Shown here piece by piece: positions 23,306 through 33,699 of a stretch of DNA of 64,000 nt (position 1 is the stretch's first letter; each line of letters opens with the position of its first letter). Both the position numbers and the translations under genes were made by a program. The notes beneath the pieces are model-generated. The model was given only the letters and a program-made list of their open reading frames with translations. It searched no databases and was not told the origin of the DNA. Source of the stretch: Candidatus Omnitrophota bacterium (GTDB lineage: Bacteria; Omnitrophota; Gorgyraeia; JAHJTE01); contig JAHJTE010000002.1 in NCBI GenBank assembly GCA_018830005.1, forward strand, positions 139,809 through 203,808, read 5' to 3'.

Positions 23306-24583
23306 TTACCTCTTTAATAACTTATGGCTGCCTGATTTATTCAGTTTAAATTTAGAATGGAGCGTCCTTACTGCCCTTGTAGCAAATTTTTTATTAATAA
23401 TACAGCATATGCTTATTTCGCTGGTAGAGATCATCTCAATATTTATCTTTTCCTTTGCAAGTGCCTCAAACATCTTTGCAGCTACTCCTGGATGGGACTT
23501 CATCCCTACGCCCACAATCGAGACCCTTGCGATATCCTCATCGCTTAAAACCTCGCTTGCTCCGATTGAACCGGCAACCTTACGCGCTATCTTTAATGCC
23601 TTAGATAAGGCCCCTTTGGGAACAGTAAATGAGATATCTGTTTGTCTAGTGTGGGAAACATTCTGGACTATCATATCAACATTTATATCCGCACTTGATA
23701 GATGTGTAAATATCCTGGCTGCCACACCAGGTCTATCAGGAACATTACAAACAGTAATCTTTGCCTCTGTTTTATTTAAAGTGATACCTCTTATGAGGAC
23801 ATCTTCCATCTTACCTACCTCCTTAATCTTTAAACGCCTCAAGTCGCTAAAAGCCCTTGTAATAAAAGTGCCGTTCTTTTTCTTAAAGGATGAACGTACA
23901 TGAATAGGAACGTGAAATTTTTTAGCAACCTCAATAGAACGTACCTGCAAAACCTGAGCACCTAATGAAGCCATCTCTAGCATTTCGTCATAATTAATAA
24001 ATTTTAATTTTCTGGCATCTTTTACAATTCTAGGATCAGCAGTAAAAACTCCATCCACGTCAGTATAGATTTCGCAAAGCTGGGCATTCAAGGCCTTAGC
24101 CAAGGCCACGGCAGTTAAATCAGAACCGCCCCTGCCTAAGGTCGTAATTTCATCTTGGGCTGTAACTCCCTGAAAGCCAGCTACTATAACTATAGAGCCT
24201 CTTTCTAAATGGCGATTAATTCTACGGCAGTCAATTCTTAAAATTCTTGCATTTGTGTGACGCTTATCAGTAACAATACCAACCTGAGCACCAGTCAAGG
24301 ATACTGCCTCAGAACCTAACTTATGTAGTGCCATTGCCAATAATGATACAGAGATTTGCTCTCCCGTAGAAAGAAGCATATCCATCTCCCGCTCCGATGG
24401 ATTGAGATTAATCTCACCTGCCAAGGAAACTAATTCGTCCGTAGTATCTCCTAAGGCTGAGACGACAACGACTACATCGAAATTCTTACTTCTATATTCA
24501 AATACTCTTTTGGCAACGCGTTTAATCTTGCCAGGATTAGCTACAGAGGAACCGCCAAATTTTAAGATAATCAATTTACGCAT
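23306..24583 (-). CDS. lysC: Aspartate kinase with two ACT domains
   Basis: KFGGSS, TTLGRGGSD, DVDGVFTADPR, ISTSEI. Confidence 0.95.
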   Translation of the reverse strand: MRKLIILKFGGSSVANPGKIKRVAKRVFEYRSKNFDVVVVVSALGDTTDELVSLAGEINLNPSEREMDMLLSTGEQISVSLLAMALHKLGSEAVSLTGAQVGIVTDKRHTNARILRIDCRRINRHLERGSIVIVAGFQGVTAQDEITTLGRGGSDLTAVALAKALNAQLCEIYTDVDGVFTADPRIVKDARKLKFINYDEMLEMASLGAQVLQVRSIEVAKKFHVPIHVRSSFKKKNGTFITRAFSDLRRLKIKEVGKMEDVLIRGITLNKTEAKITVCNVPDRPGVAARIFTHLSSADINVDMIVQNVSHTRQTDISFTVPKGALSKALKIARKVAGSIGASEVLSDEDIARVSIVGVGMKSHPGVAAKMFEALAKEKINIEMISTSEISICCIINKKFATRAVRTLHSKFKLNKSGSHKLLKR

Positions 24584-26181
24584 TTTATCCTTTTTCTTTT
24601 CATTATCACCTTATAAGATTCAAAAGATAGAATTAAGGCCAAGGCAATCAAGAAAACAGAAATAACCAACAATAGATAATCTGCACTGCGAATATAATTT
24701 ATAATGCCCAGAATAAGCGCTGCAATTGTCGTAACAAGCATAAGGCATGCAGGAATCAAGACATAACGTGCAGGTTTACCTTTAGCCAACAACCAACAAC
24801 TAATAACCAGAAGTGTTAAGGCTGCGACCAGCTGATTACTTGCTCCAAACGCCGGCCATAATTTAGACCATTTACCGCTTAAAGCAAGAAACGAAGCAGG
24901 CAGCAAAATTATTGCTGTGCTAAGATATTTATTTTTGATAGAGGTCAACTCCTCTAGTATATAACGTGCAATCCTGGTTCCAGTATCCAATGTTGTTAGA
25001 ATGAAGGCATTCAAAGTAGTAATGGCAATAAATATGCCGAATCTACCAACAACTACCTCCGAAACTGCCCCAAAACCTTTACCAAAAAGCCCTACTGGCC
25101 CGATATCTTTTATAAGGGCTGCTAAGTTTATTGTCTTGTCAAAACCTGTAAGTGAACCGACTACAATAACTGCCATTAGAGCGACTACGCCTTCAACAAC
25201 CATCGCCCCGTAGCCGATTGCTTTGGCATGTGCTTCGCTTGATAATTGCTTGCTGCTAGTACCACCGGCAATCAAAGAATGAAAACCTGAAATTGCCCCA
25301 CAGGCAACTACGACAAACAACATCGGCCACATTGGACCGGATGAGGTATTATAAGCAATAACTGCACTTTGAGCAATTACAGGCTGAGAAATAACAATAC
25401 TTGAAACTCCCACCAGAATAGTAAAAAACAAAAGAAAACTACTTAAGTAATCCCGCGGCTGAAGCAAGATGTTTACCGGCATTATTGAAGCAAAGAAACA
25501 ATAGACAATTAGGATCAAAGACCACTTTAACATTGCATTTGCACCTATCATAATCGGCGCAAACTCTCCTAAGAGCATCAAACAAAAAAGGCAGACTAGT
25601 CCTAATCCCGTAGCATAGACTATATTCAGATTGCGTTTATAGATTAAAAAACCTATAAGCATCGCAACTGGAATAAGGCCTAAAGAAGGCGAAACTACTT
25701 TAGGCTCATCTACGAATGTCTTGGCACAAAAATAAATAAATACTGCAACAACCAAGATTAAAGCAAGCAGTACAAATATACTAAAAATTATCCTTGCCCT
25801 TTTAGATATTATCTCCTCTGAAACATCAGCTATGGAACGTCCCTCATGCCGAACTGAAACCATAAGCGCAGAGAAATCATGTACGCCACCTATGAATATC
25901 GTACCTAATACTACCCACAATACTGCTGGTAGCCATCCCCATAACGTCAGGGCAATAACCGGCCCGATTATCGGTCCTGCGCCAGCAATAGAAGCAAAAT
26001 GGTGCCCAAAAAGAACAAGTGAATTTTTTGCGGGAACATAATCAATACCATCATTTAATCTTTTAGCAGGTGTAGGACGATTCTTATCAATTCCAAAAAG
26101 CCGCTCTATGACCCCCCCGTAGAATCTATAACCTAAGGCAAACAAAAATAAGGCCGGTATTATAATAAATATCGAATTCAT
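24571..26181 (-). CDS. cstA: Carbon starvation protein A family transporter
   Basis: GHHFASIAGAGPI, LLQPRDY, ACGAISGFH, WPAFGASNQL. Confidence 0.92.
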   Translation of the reverse strand: MNSIFIIIPALFLFALGYRFYGGVIERLFGIDKNRPTPAKRLNDGIDYVPAKNSLVLFGHHFASIAGAGPIIGPVIALTLWGWLPAVLWVVLGTIFIGGVHDFSALMVSVRHEGRSIADVSEEIISKRARIIFSIFVLLALILVVAVFIYFCAKTFVDEPKVVSPSLGLIPVAMLIGFLIYKRNLNIVYATGLGLVCLFCLMLLGEFAPIMIGANAMLKWSLILIVYCFFASIMPVNILLQPRDYLSSFLLFFTILVGVSSIVISQPVIAQSAVIAYNTSSGPMWPMLFVVVACGAISGFHSLIAGGTSSKQLSSEAHAKAIGYGAMVVEGVVALMAVIVVGSLTGFDKTINLAALIKDIGPVGLFGKGFGAVSEVVVGRFGIFIAITTLNAFILTTLDTGTRIARYILEELTSIKNKYLSTAIILLPASFLALSGKWSKLWPAFGASNQLVAALTLLVISCWLLAKGKPARYVLIPACLMLVTTIAALILGIINYIRSADYLLLVISVFLIALALILSFESYKVIMKRKRIKCVN

Positions 26182-27377
26182 TATTTAATAAGATACTTTA
26201 TTAATTCAAATCCTTTATCAAAAACTAATTCTGATTGCCTGGCTATTCTTTCGCTGAACGCCATTGCCTTATCCGCCTCTATACCAGCACCGAATATCAC
26301 AAAGGGAACAGGCTTATTAGTATGCGTACGCAGGCTGATTGGCGTGGGATGATCAGGGGAAACTAAAATACGCACACCAGACATATGCTTTGCTGCCTCT
26401 AGCAGGGGACCAACAATCAAATTGTCAAAACGTTCAATCATAGTAATCTTTTGACGCAGATCTCCGTTATGACCGGCTTCATCAGTTGCCTCGACATGAA
26501 CAAAGACAAAATCACAAGATTGCAGTGCGTCAATCGCATACTGGGCCTTTCCTGAAAAGTTCGTATCGTAATATCCAGTCGCACCTGGCACATCAATAAC
26601 CTTAAGCCCGATTATCTTACCAATACCTTTAATCAGATCAACAGCTGAAATTACAGCTCCCTTAATACCAAAAAGAGATTCAAAACTTGGCATCTTAGGC
26701 AATTGACCCTCACCCCATAGCCAAATCATATTAGCTGGATTCTCTCCTAAGTCAATTCTCACATGATTTACCTTATGATCTTTCAAACAAGAACAAGAAT
26801 CATTCATTAATTTTATCAAAACCTGAGAGCCCTTGCCTTTTGGCAGATTAGTTTTTATGGGCTTGGTCATTATATCATGGGGCGGTTGACATATAATTTT
26901 ACCCTTATCATGAAAGACGGATTTATTGATTACAACCAAATTACGATAACTCGTGCCTGAAAAAAACCTTATGGCATCAGAGCCAATCTTCTTATTCAAG
27001 AATTTAATTAATACCTGGGCCTCTTTTGTACTGATGTGTCCGGCGCTGTAATCAAGTAGCTTATCATCATTACTTGCAGTAATGAGGTTACAACGAAACG
27101 CGACTTCATCCGCGCTCAAATTAATACCAAGATGCGCTGCCTCTAAAGCAGCCCTGCCTGTATAATATTCTAGCGGATCATAACCAAGAAGAGAAAGATT
27201 GGCCACATCAGAAGCTGGCAATAAACCCTTAGGCACAGTTTGAACCATGCCTACCTTCCCAGAACTAGCTAGAAAATCCATATTAGGGGTCTTGGCAACC
27301 TCAAGTGGGGTACGTCCCTTTAATTGGCGTATCTCAACATCCGCCATCCCATCTGGAACAAGAAATATGTATTTCAT
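26181..27377 (-). CDS. ApgM-like (archaeal-type cofactor-independent phosphoglycerate mutase family); possibly homoserine kinase
   Basis: DGMAD, TPLE, SDVANL, FRCNL, DEAGH, PDHPTP; sits among hom, thrC and lysC. Confidence 0.85.
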   Translation of the reverse strand: MKYIFLVPDGMADVEIRQLKGRTPLEVAKTPNMDFLASSGKVGMVQTVPKGLLPASDVANLSLLGYDPLEYYTGRAALEAAHLGINLSADEVAFRCNLITASNDDKLLDYSAGHISTKEAQVLIKFLNKKIGSDAIRFFSGTSYRNLVVINKSVFHDKGKIICQPPHDIMTKPIKTNLPKGKGSQVLIKLMNDSCSCLKDHKVNHVRIDLGENPANMIWLWGEGQLPKMPSFESLFGIKGAVISAVDLIKGIGKIIGLKVIDVPGATGYYDTNFSGKAQYAIDALQSCDFVFVHVEATDEAGHNGDLRQKITMIERFDNLIVGPLLEAAKHMSGVRILVSPDHPTPISLRTHTNKPVPFVIFGAGIEADKAMAFSERIARQSELVFDKGFELIKYLIK

Positions 27378-28027
27378 TTTACTTTACTCACTGTTGTTTC
27401 CAAAATAGAAACCAGTCTTTTAGCTAACATTTGTCGCGAATCTGCCTTTGTAAGCATGCCTTTATGATTAAATACAAAGGATTTCAAGGTATCTTTCTTA
27501 AATGTATTAGCAACTACAATATCAGCACCAGCTGCTTTTTGGGCTAGCCTTGCCTTCTTGATCAATTGTTTTAGGGAACTATTAACCTCTAGCTTAAACA
27601 TTACCAATAGAGATCGCGGACATCTTCTTCTAATCTCTTTTATAATCTTTGGTGCTCTAACTAATTCGATTCTTAGCTTCTTTAGGCTTGAATCTATTTT
27701 TTGCCTAGATTGTCTCTTAACAAGAAAATCAGAGACAGCCGCATTATGGATTATGAAATCAAAGTTATTTTTCTTAATCTCCTCTTGAATCAAAGAACGT
27801 AATTGATTGAAAAAACGAAAATGCCTGATCTTAATGCCCTTGATTCTTTCCTGTTTTAAATCTCTGCTTAATAAAAGATGGACATCTGCACCGCATCTTG
27901 CAGCCTGTCTGGCAATCAATTGGCCTGTCTTTCCAGTGGAAATATTTGTGATTACCCTAACAGGATCAATTGCCACCTGCGTCGGACCAGCTGTAATAAG
28001 AATCTTCTTATCCTTTAGGCCTTTCAC
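27374..28027 (-). CDS. coaB: Phosphopantothenate--cysteine ligase (stand-alone CoaB domain)
   Basis: ILITAGPT, DPVRVITNISTGKTG, AAVSDF, FKLE; no N-terminal CoaC domain. Confidence 0.82.
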   Translation of the reverse strand: MKGLKDKKILITAGPTQVAIDPVRVITNISTGKTGQLIARQAARCGADVHLLLSRDLKQERIKGIKIRHFRFFNQLRSLIQEEIKKNNFDFIIHNAAVSDFLVKRQSRQKIDSSLKKLRIELVRAPKIIKEIRRRCPRSLLVMFKLEVNSSLKQLIKKARLAQKAAGADIVVANTFKKDTLKSFVFNHKGMLTKADSRQMLAKRLVSILETTVSKVK

Positions 28028-28031
28028 TTTC

Positions 28032-29102
28032 TTAATATCCGATTTCTTTTAAGACTGCCTTTATCTTGGCTGGAACAGTCTTTGGCTGACTTATTGTCTT
28101 TATTGCCCTGTCAGGGTCTTTCAAACCATGGCCGGTTAAGATACATACAATTTTTGTCTCTCTGCTTGCTGCCCGTTTGAAATAGCCTTGCTTCTTTAAT
28201 TTCAACAGACCAGCAACAGAAGCAGATGATGCAGGTTCAGCAAATATCCCATCATATCCAGCTAAGATTTTGTATGCCTCAATTATCTCTTTATCGCTTA
28301 CAGAATCAATTAAACCACCTGATTCATCCCGCGCTGCCTCTGCCTGAGCCCAGCTAACAGGATTTCCAATCCGAATCGCCGTAGCAATGGTTTCTGGATT
28401 TTTAATAGGCTCACCCTTAACTATGGGTGCTGCTCCCTCTGCCTGAAAACCAAGCATCTTGGGCAGTTGTTTTATCTTTTTGATATCATAAAATTCCTTA
28501 TAACCCTTCCAGCAGGCAGTAATGTTACCAGCATTGCCAACAGGCATCACTTGATAATCCGGAGCCTCCTCAAGAAAATCACAAATTTCAAATGCAGCTG
28601 TTTTCTGTCCTTGGATGCGATAGGGATTTAAGGAATTTACCAGTTGTACGGGGTATTGTGAACTAATTTTACGCACCAATTGCATACAATCATCAAAATT
28701 ACCATCTATTGCTAAAACTGTCGCTCCATGAATTAAGGCCTGGGATAATTTTCCTAAGGCAATTGCACCTTTGGGTATTAAGACAAGGCTGCGCATACCA
28801 GCCTTAGCAGCATAAGCAGAGGCAGAGGCTGAGGTGTTACCAGTAGAGGCGCATATAACTGTTGTCTTGCCTTCTTCTTTTGCCTTAGATATGGCAAGCG
28901 TCATTCCCCTGTCTTTAAATGAAGCTGTGGGATTAAGGCCTTCGAATTTTAAATAAACACTAAAGCCCTCACCAATACAACTACTTAAGTGAGGAGAAAG
29001 AATCAAAGGCGTATTACCTTCACAAAGTGTAATTATGGGTGTTTCTTTGCTTACAGGCAGAAACTCCCTGTAACGTTGGATAACTCCAGCATATTTAATC
29101 AT
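28032..29102 (-). CDS. thrC: Threonine synthase
   Basis: EGLNPTASFKDRG, ASTGNT, PVGNAGN, TGHGLKDP. Confidence 0.95.
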   Translation of the reverse strand: MIKYAGVIQRYREFLPVSKETPIITLCEGNTPLILSPHLSSCIGEGFSVYLKFEGLNPTASFKDRGMTLAISKAKEEGKTTVICASTGNTSASASAYAAKAGMRSLVLIPKGAIALGKLSQALIHGATVLAIDGNFDDCMQLVRKISSQYPVQLVNSLNPYRIQGQKTAAFEICDFLEEAPDYQVMPVGNAGNITACWKGYKEFYDIKKIKQLPKMLGFQAEGAAPIVKGEPIKNPETIATAIRIGNPVSWAQAEAARDESGGLIDSVSDKEIIEAYKILAGYDGIFAEPASSASVAGLLKLKKQGYFKRAASRETKIVCILTGHGLKDPDRAIKTISQPKTVPAKIKAVLKEIGY

Positions 29103-30484
29103 ATCAAATTAATAAATCTATCTACTACCTCCTTATCAAAATGTTTGCCAGCATATTTTAAGAGTTCTTCCTTGGCTTCCTTGCTAGACATAGCCTTACG
29201 GTAAGGTCTATTGCTGACCATGGCATCAAATGCATCAACCACTGTTAAGATCTTTGTCATTAATGATATCTCATCGCCTTTAAGGCCATCTGGATATCCA
29301 GTTCCGTCTATCCATTCGTGATGATGACGTACTATATTACATAAGGGTCGTAGCGAAGCTATTGGTTTTAATATATTTTCGCCAATTCTTGGATGTTCTC
29401 TGATCATATCTAATTCTGGCTTACTTAATCGATTTGCCTTTCTTAAGATCTCATCACTCGTTCCGATTTTTCCTACATCATGCAAGACACAGGCATCGCT
29501 AAGTAGCTTCTTTGATTTTTCATCCAAAGAAAATGCATCTGCAAGACACAAGGAATATTCAGCCATGCGCTTAGAATGGCCGCGAGTATAAGGATCACGT
29601 GCCTCAACCGCCATAGCCAAAGCAGATATTGTCTGAATATAAGTACTCTCAGCATCCTTGTGCAGACGATGATTTTCAATCGCTGAAGCTGTCTGGTTCG
29701 CAAGCTCTGAAAGCAATATAAGATCATCTTTATTGAATGCCTTATTCTCATCCTTTTCTTGTACAGTAAAAACCCCAATTACGCGATTGCCATATTTTAA
29801 GGGCACGGCCATAAATGAAGCCTCATCCTCTATAACAGGCACAAGCAATGCCTTTCCACTCTTGGCAACAGAACCAATAAGGCCCTCACCTACAATAATC
29901 TTCTTATCCGCAATAGCCTGGCCATAGGAGACCTTCACAGACAACTGCTTGCCACCAGGCTCGATAAGAAAAAGACTAGCCTTCCTAGCACGCAAGGAAT
30001 TAGTCATTGTCTCAACGATTAAATGTAAGAATTTATCTATGTCTTCAAAAGACATTATTGCCTCGCCTACCTTTAGTACGATATCCTGCAACAATGCTTT
30101 TGATTTTTCTAATTCCTTTATGTTCGTTTGAAGCTGCTTGGTAATGCGATTAAAGGAAAGCGCAAGTTCCTTGATCTCATTCTCCTCATCAACTTCTATC
30201 TTTTCAGATGCGGTATTACCTTCGACGATTGCCTTTGCCCCTCGATTAATCAATAAAACAGATTTTATGATGCGGCGGATAATTTCAAGGCCTGCTAAAG
30301 CACTTGTGACTAATAAGGGAATTGTCACTTTCATAAATGCTTCTGTCTGAAAATCAATACCAGAAGAAGAGTATACAAAATAAATAATAGCTAAAATAGG
30401 TAAAATCGAGGTCAAAATAAAAGAAAGGGCGATTTTACGCAATAAGCTGTCACTCTTAATTGAGCGCATCTTCAATCTAGCCAT
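29099..30484 (-). CDS. Membrane-bound HAMP-GAF-HD-GYP phosphodiesterase
   Basis: Two N-terminal TM helices, HAMP (NEIKELALSFN), GAF (F...D..LL..LA), DPYTRGHS, LHDVGKIG, HHEWIDGTGYP. Confidence 0.88.
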   Translation of the reverse strand: MARLKMRSIKSDSLLRKIALSFILTSILPILAIIYFVYSSSGIDFQTEAFMKVTIPLLVTSALAGLEIIRRIIKSVLLINRGAKAIVEGNTASEKIEVDEENEIKELALSFNRITKQLQTNIKELEKSKALLQDIVLKVGEAIMSFEDIDKFLHLIVETMTNSLRARKASLFLIEPGGKQLSVKVSYGQAIADKKIIVGEGLIGSVAKSGKALLVPVIEDEASFMAVPLKYGNRVIGVFTVQEKDENKAFNKDDLILLSELANQTASAIENHRLHKDAESTYIQTISALAMAVEARDPYTRGHSKRMAEYSLCLADAFSLDEKSKKLLSDACVLHDVGKIGTSDEILRKANRLSKPELDMIREHPRIGENILKPIASLRPLCNIVRHHHEWIDGTGYPDGLKGDEISLMTKILTVVDAFDAMVSNRPYRKAMSSKEAKEELLKYAGKHFDKEVVDRFINLI

Positions 30485-31794
30485 TACTTTCCTTCAATTC
30501 TAAATGCCACAGGAAATCTTTTTATTACTACAAATCTATGCATCTCTTTCAACGCCTCTTGTACATCCTTCTCCTTTGCTTCATGCGTAAGGATAACTAC
30601 TGGCACGACCTTAGCTCGACGTCTCTCTTTTTGACTTACCGAGGCAATGCTGATGTGGTGTTTTCCCAAGATTCCTGAAATCTTTGCAAGTACACCTGGC
30701 TTATCAATTGCCATGAACCTTAAATAATAACGGCTCATTAATTCTTGCATCTTAGCCAACCTGGCCTTTAAGACAAACCTCGATACTGGTAATCTCTGAC
30801 CAGTATTTGACTTAATATTTAAGGCTACATCTACAACATCACTTACCACTGCTGAAGCTGCTGGCAATTGCCCGGCACCGCGACCATAAAGCAAGACATC
30901 ACCTACTAAATCAGCTGAAATAAATACTGCATTAAATACTCCGGAAACAGATGCAAGCGGATGTCTTTTTGGTAAAAGCGTAGGATGAACGCGTATCTGA
31001 AGCCTTCCCTGTTCAAGTTTAGATATCCCCAATAACTTCACTACATATCCCAACTCTTTTGCATATTGGATATCAATAGGAGAAATTCCCTTAATGCCTT
31101 CTACATAGATATTCTCAAGTCTTACTGCCTTACCAAAAGACAGATAAGTAATTAAGGCCAATTTGTGGGCACAATCTAAGCCGCCGATATCTAAGGCAGG
31201 ATTTCTCTCGGCATAGCCCTTCTTCTTTGCTAGCTTTAGAGCCTGATTAAAATCTATTGCCTCATCAGTCATCTTAGAAAGAATATAATTGGAGGTACCA
31301 TTAATTATGCCATAGATAGCATTAATCTTGTTAGCGACAAATCCCTCCCGGATTACTTTAATGATTGGAACACCAGCCATCACCGAGGCCTCAAAATATA
31401 TATCACAGTTAAACCTCTTTGCTAATTTAAACAGGTCCTCTCCACATTCTGACAATAATGCCTTGTTAGCAGTAACAACAAATTTACCAGAAGATAAGGC
31501 CTTCTTGATGTATTCTTTTGCTGGATGGATTCCACCGATAAGTTCAATTACAATATCAATCTCAGGATCGCCAACTAAATCACGCGCACTAGAGGCAATT
31601 AACTGTTTGGGCACAGAAAATTTCCTTAGAGTGCGTCTATTTATTTCATATACCTTTCTTAAGCGTATATCAATACCGAGTTTAGATTTAAAGAAAGAGT
31701 TGCGACCGCGTAATAGCCTGTATACACCTCTGCCTACGGTGCCAAATCCTATTAATCCTACGTTTATTTTTTTCATAACCACCTCTTTACACAT
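30484..31794 (-). CDS. hom: Homoserine dehydrogenase with ACT domain (likely start 31776)
   Basis: GFGTVG, VTANK, EASV, NGTSNYIL, GAGQLPAASAV. Confidence 0.95.
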   Translation of the reverse strand: MCKEVVMKKINVGLIGFGTVGRGVYRLLRGRNSFFKSKLGIDIRLRKVYEINRRTLRKFSVPKQLIASSARDLVGDPEIDIVIELIGGIHPAKEYIKKALSSGKFVVTANKALLSECGEDLFKLAKRFNCDIYFEASVMAGVPIIKVIREGFVANKINAIYGIINGTSNYILSKMTDEAIDFNQALKLAKKKGYAERNPALDIGGLDCAHKLALITYLSFGKAVRLENIYVEGIKGISPIDIQYAKELGYVVKLLGISKLEQGRLQIRVHPTLLPKRHPLASVSGVFNAVFISADLVGDVLLYGRGAGQLPAASAVVSDVVDVALNIKSNTGQRLPVSRFVLKARLAKMQELMSRYYLRFMAIDKPGVLAKISGILGKHHISIASVSQKERRRAKVVPVVILTHEAKEKDVQEALKEMHRFVVIKRFPVAFRIEGK

Positions 31795-31818
31795 CCGATC
31801 ACAGATTGAACAATTTCA

Positions 31819-32532
31819 CTATTGGGGAATGCTTACTTGCCCCCGATCTCCTTTACTTTGCGCTTTCTCATCTTCTGTTTTTTCTGCCTGAGCTGCTTCT
31901 GAATCCTCCAGTAGCTTTCTATAAACAAAGCCTGCGGCAAGCATTGTAGTCGGTACTGAAATAAGTAGACCGATCAGAAAAAACAGCGCTCCCAGTATAT
32001 TTATTCCGATAAAAACAATAGCAAAGATAACTAAATTCCACTTCACGCCTTTAGTCAATACTGAACTTTTCTTTAAAGCAGCCACAGGCCTCATTTCTCT
32101 ATCAACAACCAGATATCCATAAAAAGAGAATTGGATAGCCCAGATAATACCGGGAATAATCAACAAAAGCGTACCGGCAAAACAAATTAACCCATAGAGA
32201 AATGAAGCAGCGAGATATTTAAAAAACAAAGGGGCAGGAGAAAATAAATCGCTAAATTTAGGCAGTTCATTATCATAAGATTTTAAAACAATTCTTATTA
32301 GCCCCATCGAAACAATAAATGAAAGGGTTGAACCTATTAAACTTATTCCCAGCGGCAATAAGAGAAAGTCCTCTTTAAGTGCATCACTAATAAGCTTTGG
32401 CGCGAAATTAATCATTACGACAATAAATGTTATCGTTACAAAAAATCCGCCATTCTTCTTAACAGTGATCCATCCAAATTTAAATGCTTCATTGATTGAG
32501 AATTTTTTTGCCATATCTGTCCTCTCCCTCAC
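31819..32532 (-). CDS. Integral membrane protein (DUF975/YciC-like; likely start 32514)
   Basis: Multiple TM helices, LLIIPGIIW, AALKKS...KG. Confidence 0.65.
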   Translation of the reverse strand: MRERTDMAKKFSINEAFKFGWITVKKNGGFFVTITFIVVMINFAPKLISDALKEDFLLLPLGISLIGSTLSFIVSMGLIRIVLKSYDNELPKFSDLFSPAPLFFKYLAASFLYGLICFAGTLLLIIPGIIWAIQFSFYGYLVVDREMRPVAALKKSSVLTKGVKWNLVIFAIVFIGINILGALFFLIGLLISVPTTMLAAGFVYRKLLEDSEAAQAEKTEDEKAQSKGDRGQVSIPQ

Positions 32533-32582
32533 AAGAAAGAGTTAAAAAGTTAGGATCTTGCGATTATACCTATTATGTTTTA

Positions 32583-32657
32583 TCGGGAAGGCGGGACTTG
32601 AACCCGCGACCTCTTGAACCCCATTCAAGCGCGCTAGCCAAACTGCGCCACTTCCCG
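32583..32657 (-). tRNA. tRNA-Pro(GGG)
   Basis: CGGGAAG acceptor stem, CTTGA-ATGGGGT-TCAAG anticodon arm, GGTTCAAGTCC T arm; CCA not encoded. Confidence 0.93.
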
Positions 32658-32692
32658 CGATTCCTCGCTTAGACTAACCTATTATAACTTCT

Positions 32693-33694
32693 CTATTCTG
32701 TCTTCATCCTCCTTGACATCAAGACATCAACTGCCTCTGGTGCTTTCTTTCCTTTATAAACAACATTGTAAATCTCTTTTGTAATCGGCATTTCTATCTT
32801 GTATCTATGACTCAATTTATATGCAGCCTTAACAGTTGTAATGCCTTCAGCAACCATACGCATTCTTTCTTTAATTGTCTTTATGCTCTTGCCTTTTGCT
32901 AATTGCTCTCCAACAAAGCGATTACGGCTAAATTTACTAACACAGGTAGTAACTAAATCCCCTAAGCCGCTGATTCCGTTTAAGGTCTCACGCCTGGCTC
33001 CCATAGCGTGCGCCAAATTGCGCATTTCATTTAAGCCGCGTGCCAGGATAGCTGCCTTGGCATTAGCACCAAAACCCAAACCATCAGAAATCCCACAGGC
33101 AATAGCGATTATATTCTTAAGGCTTCCTCCCAGCTCAACGCCAATAACATCAGTATTCCTATATACTCGAAAACGCCGGCTGCTTAATAACTCTTGCAAG
33201 CGCTTCAAATCTAGCGTATTTCTGCCTGCAATTACTGCGGTTGCTGGATGATTTCGCGCTACCTCCAGAGCAATAGTCGGACCAGAAAGCACATATATCT
33301 TCTCTGCAGCCAGTTCCTTTTTAATAACTTGGCTCATGCGCATGGATGTCTCTGGCTCTATGCCCTTAGTTACGCTTAAGATCAATTTTTTCTTAATCCC
33401 CTGAATATTTTTAAGCCTTCTAATTACCTTACGCAGATAAATAGAAGGGACTGCAACTATAAGCAAATCTGCACCGATAACAGCACGCTTTATATTAGAG
33501 GTAATCTTAATCCCAGAAGGAATCCTTATCCCCTTTAAAAACTTGGGATTCTTTCTATATCTATCCAAATACGTTGCATATTCTCTTGAGAAGCTCCACA
33601 ATGAGACTGAAAAGTTCTTTCTATGCAGGATAATTGCCAGAGTCATACCCCAGCCTCCGTCACCTAAAATTGTAATATTCTTAATCTTAGACAT
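32693..33694 (-). CDS. gpsA: NAD(P)H-dependent glycerol-3-phosphate dehydrogenase
   Basis: GDGGWG, SGPTIA, GGSLKN, GLGDLVTTC, SRN, VAEG. Confidence 0.94.
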   Translation of the reverse strand: MSKIKNITILGDGGWGMTLAIILHRKNFSVSLWSFSREYATYLDRYRKNPKFLKGIRIPSGIKITSNIKRAVIGADLLIVAVPSIYLRKVIRRLKNIQGIKKKLILSVTKGIEPETSMRMSQVIKKELAAEKIYVLSGPTIALEVARNHPATAVIAGRNTLDLKRLQELLSSRRFRVYRNTDVIGVELGGSLKNIIAIACGISDGLGFGANAKAAILARGLNEMRNLAHAMGARRETLNGISGLGDLVTTCVSKFSRNRFVGEQLAKGKSIKTIKERMRMVAEGITTVKAAYKLSHRYKIEMPITKEIYNVVYKGKKAPEAVDVLMSRRMKTE

Positions 33695-33699
33695 ATTAC

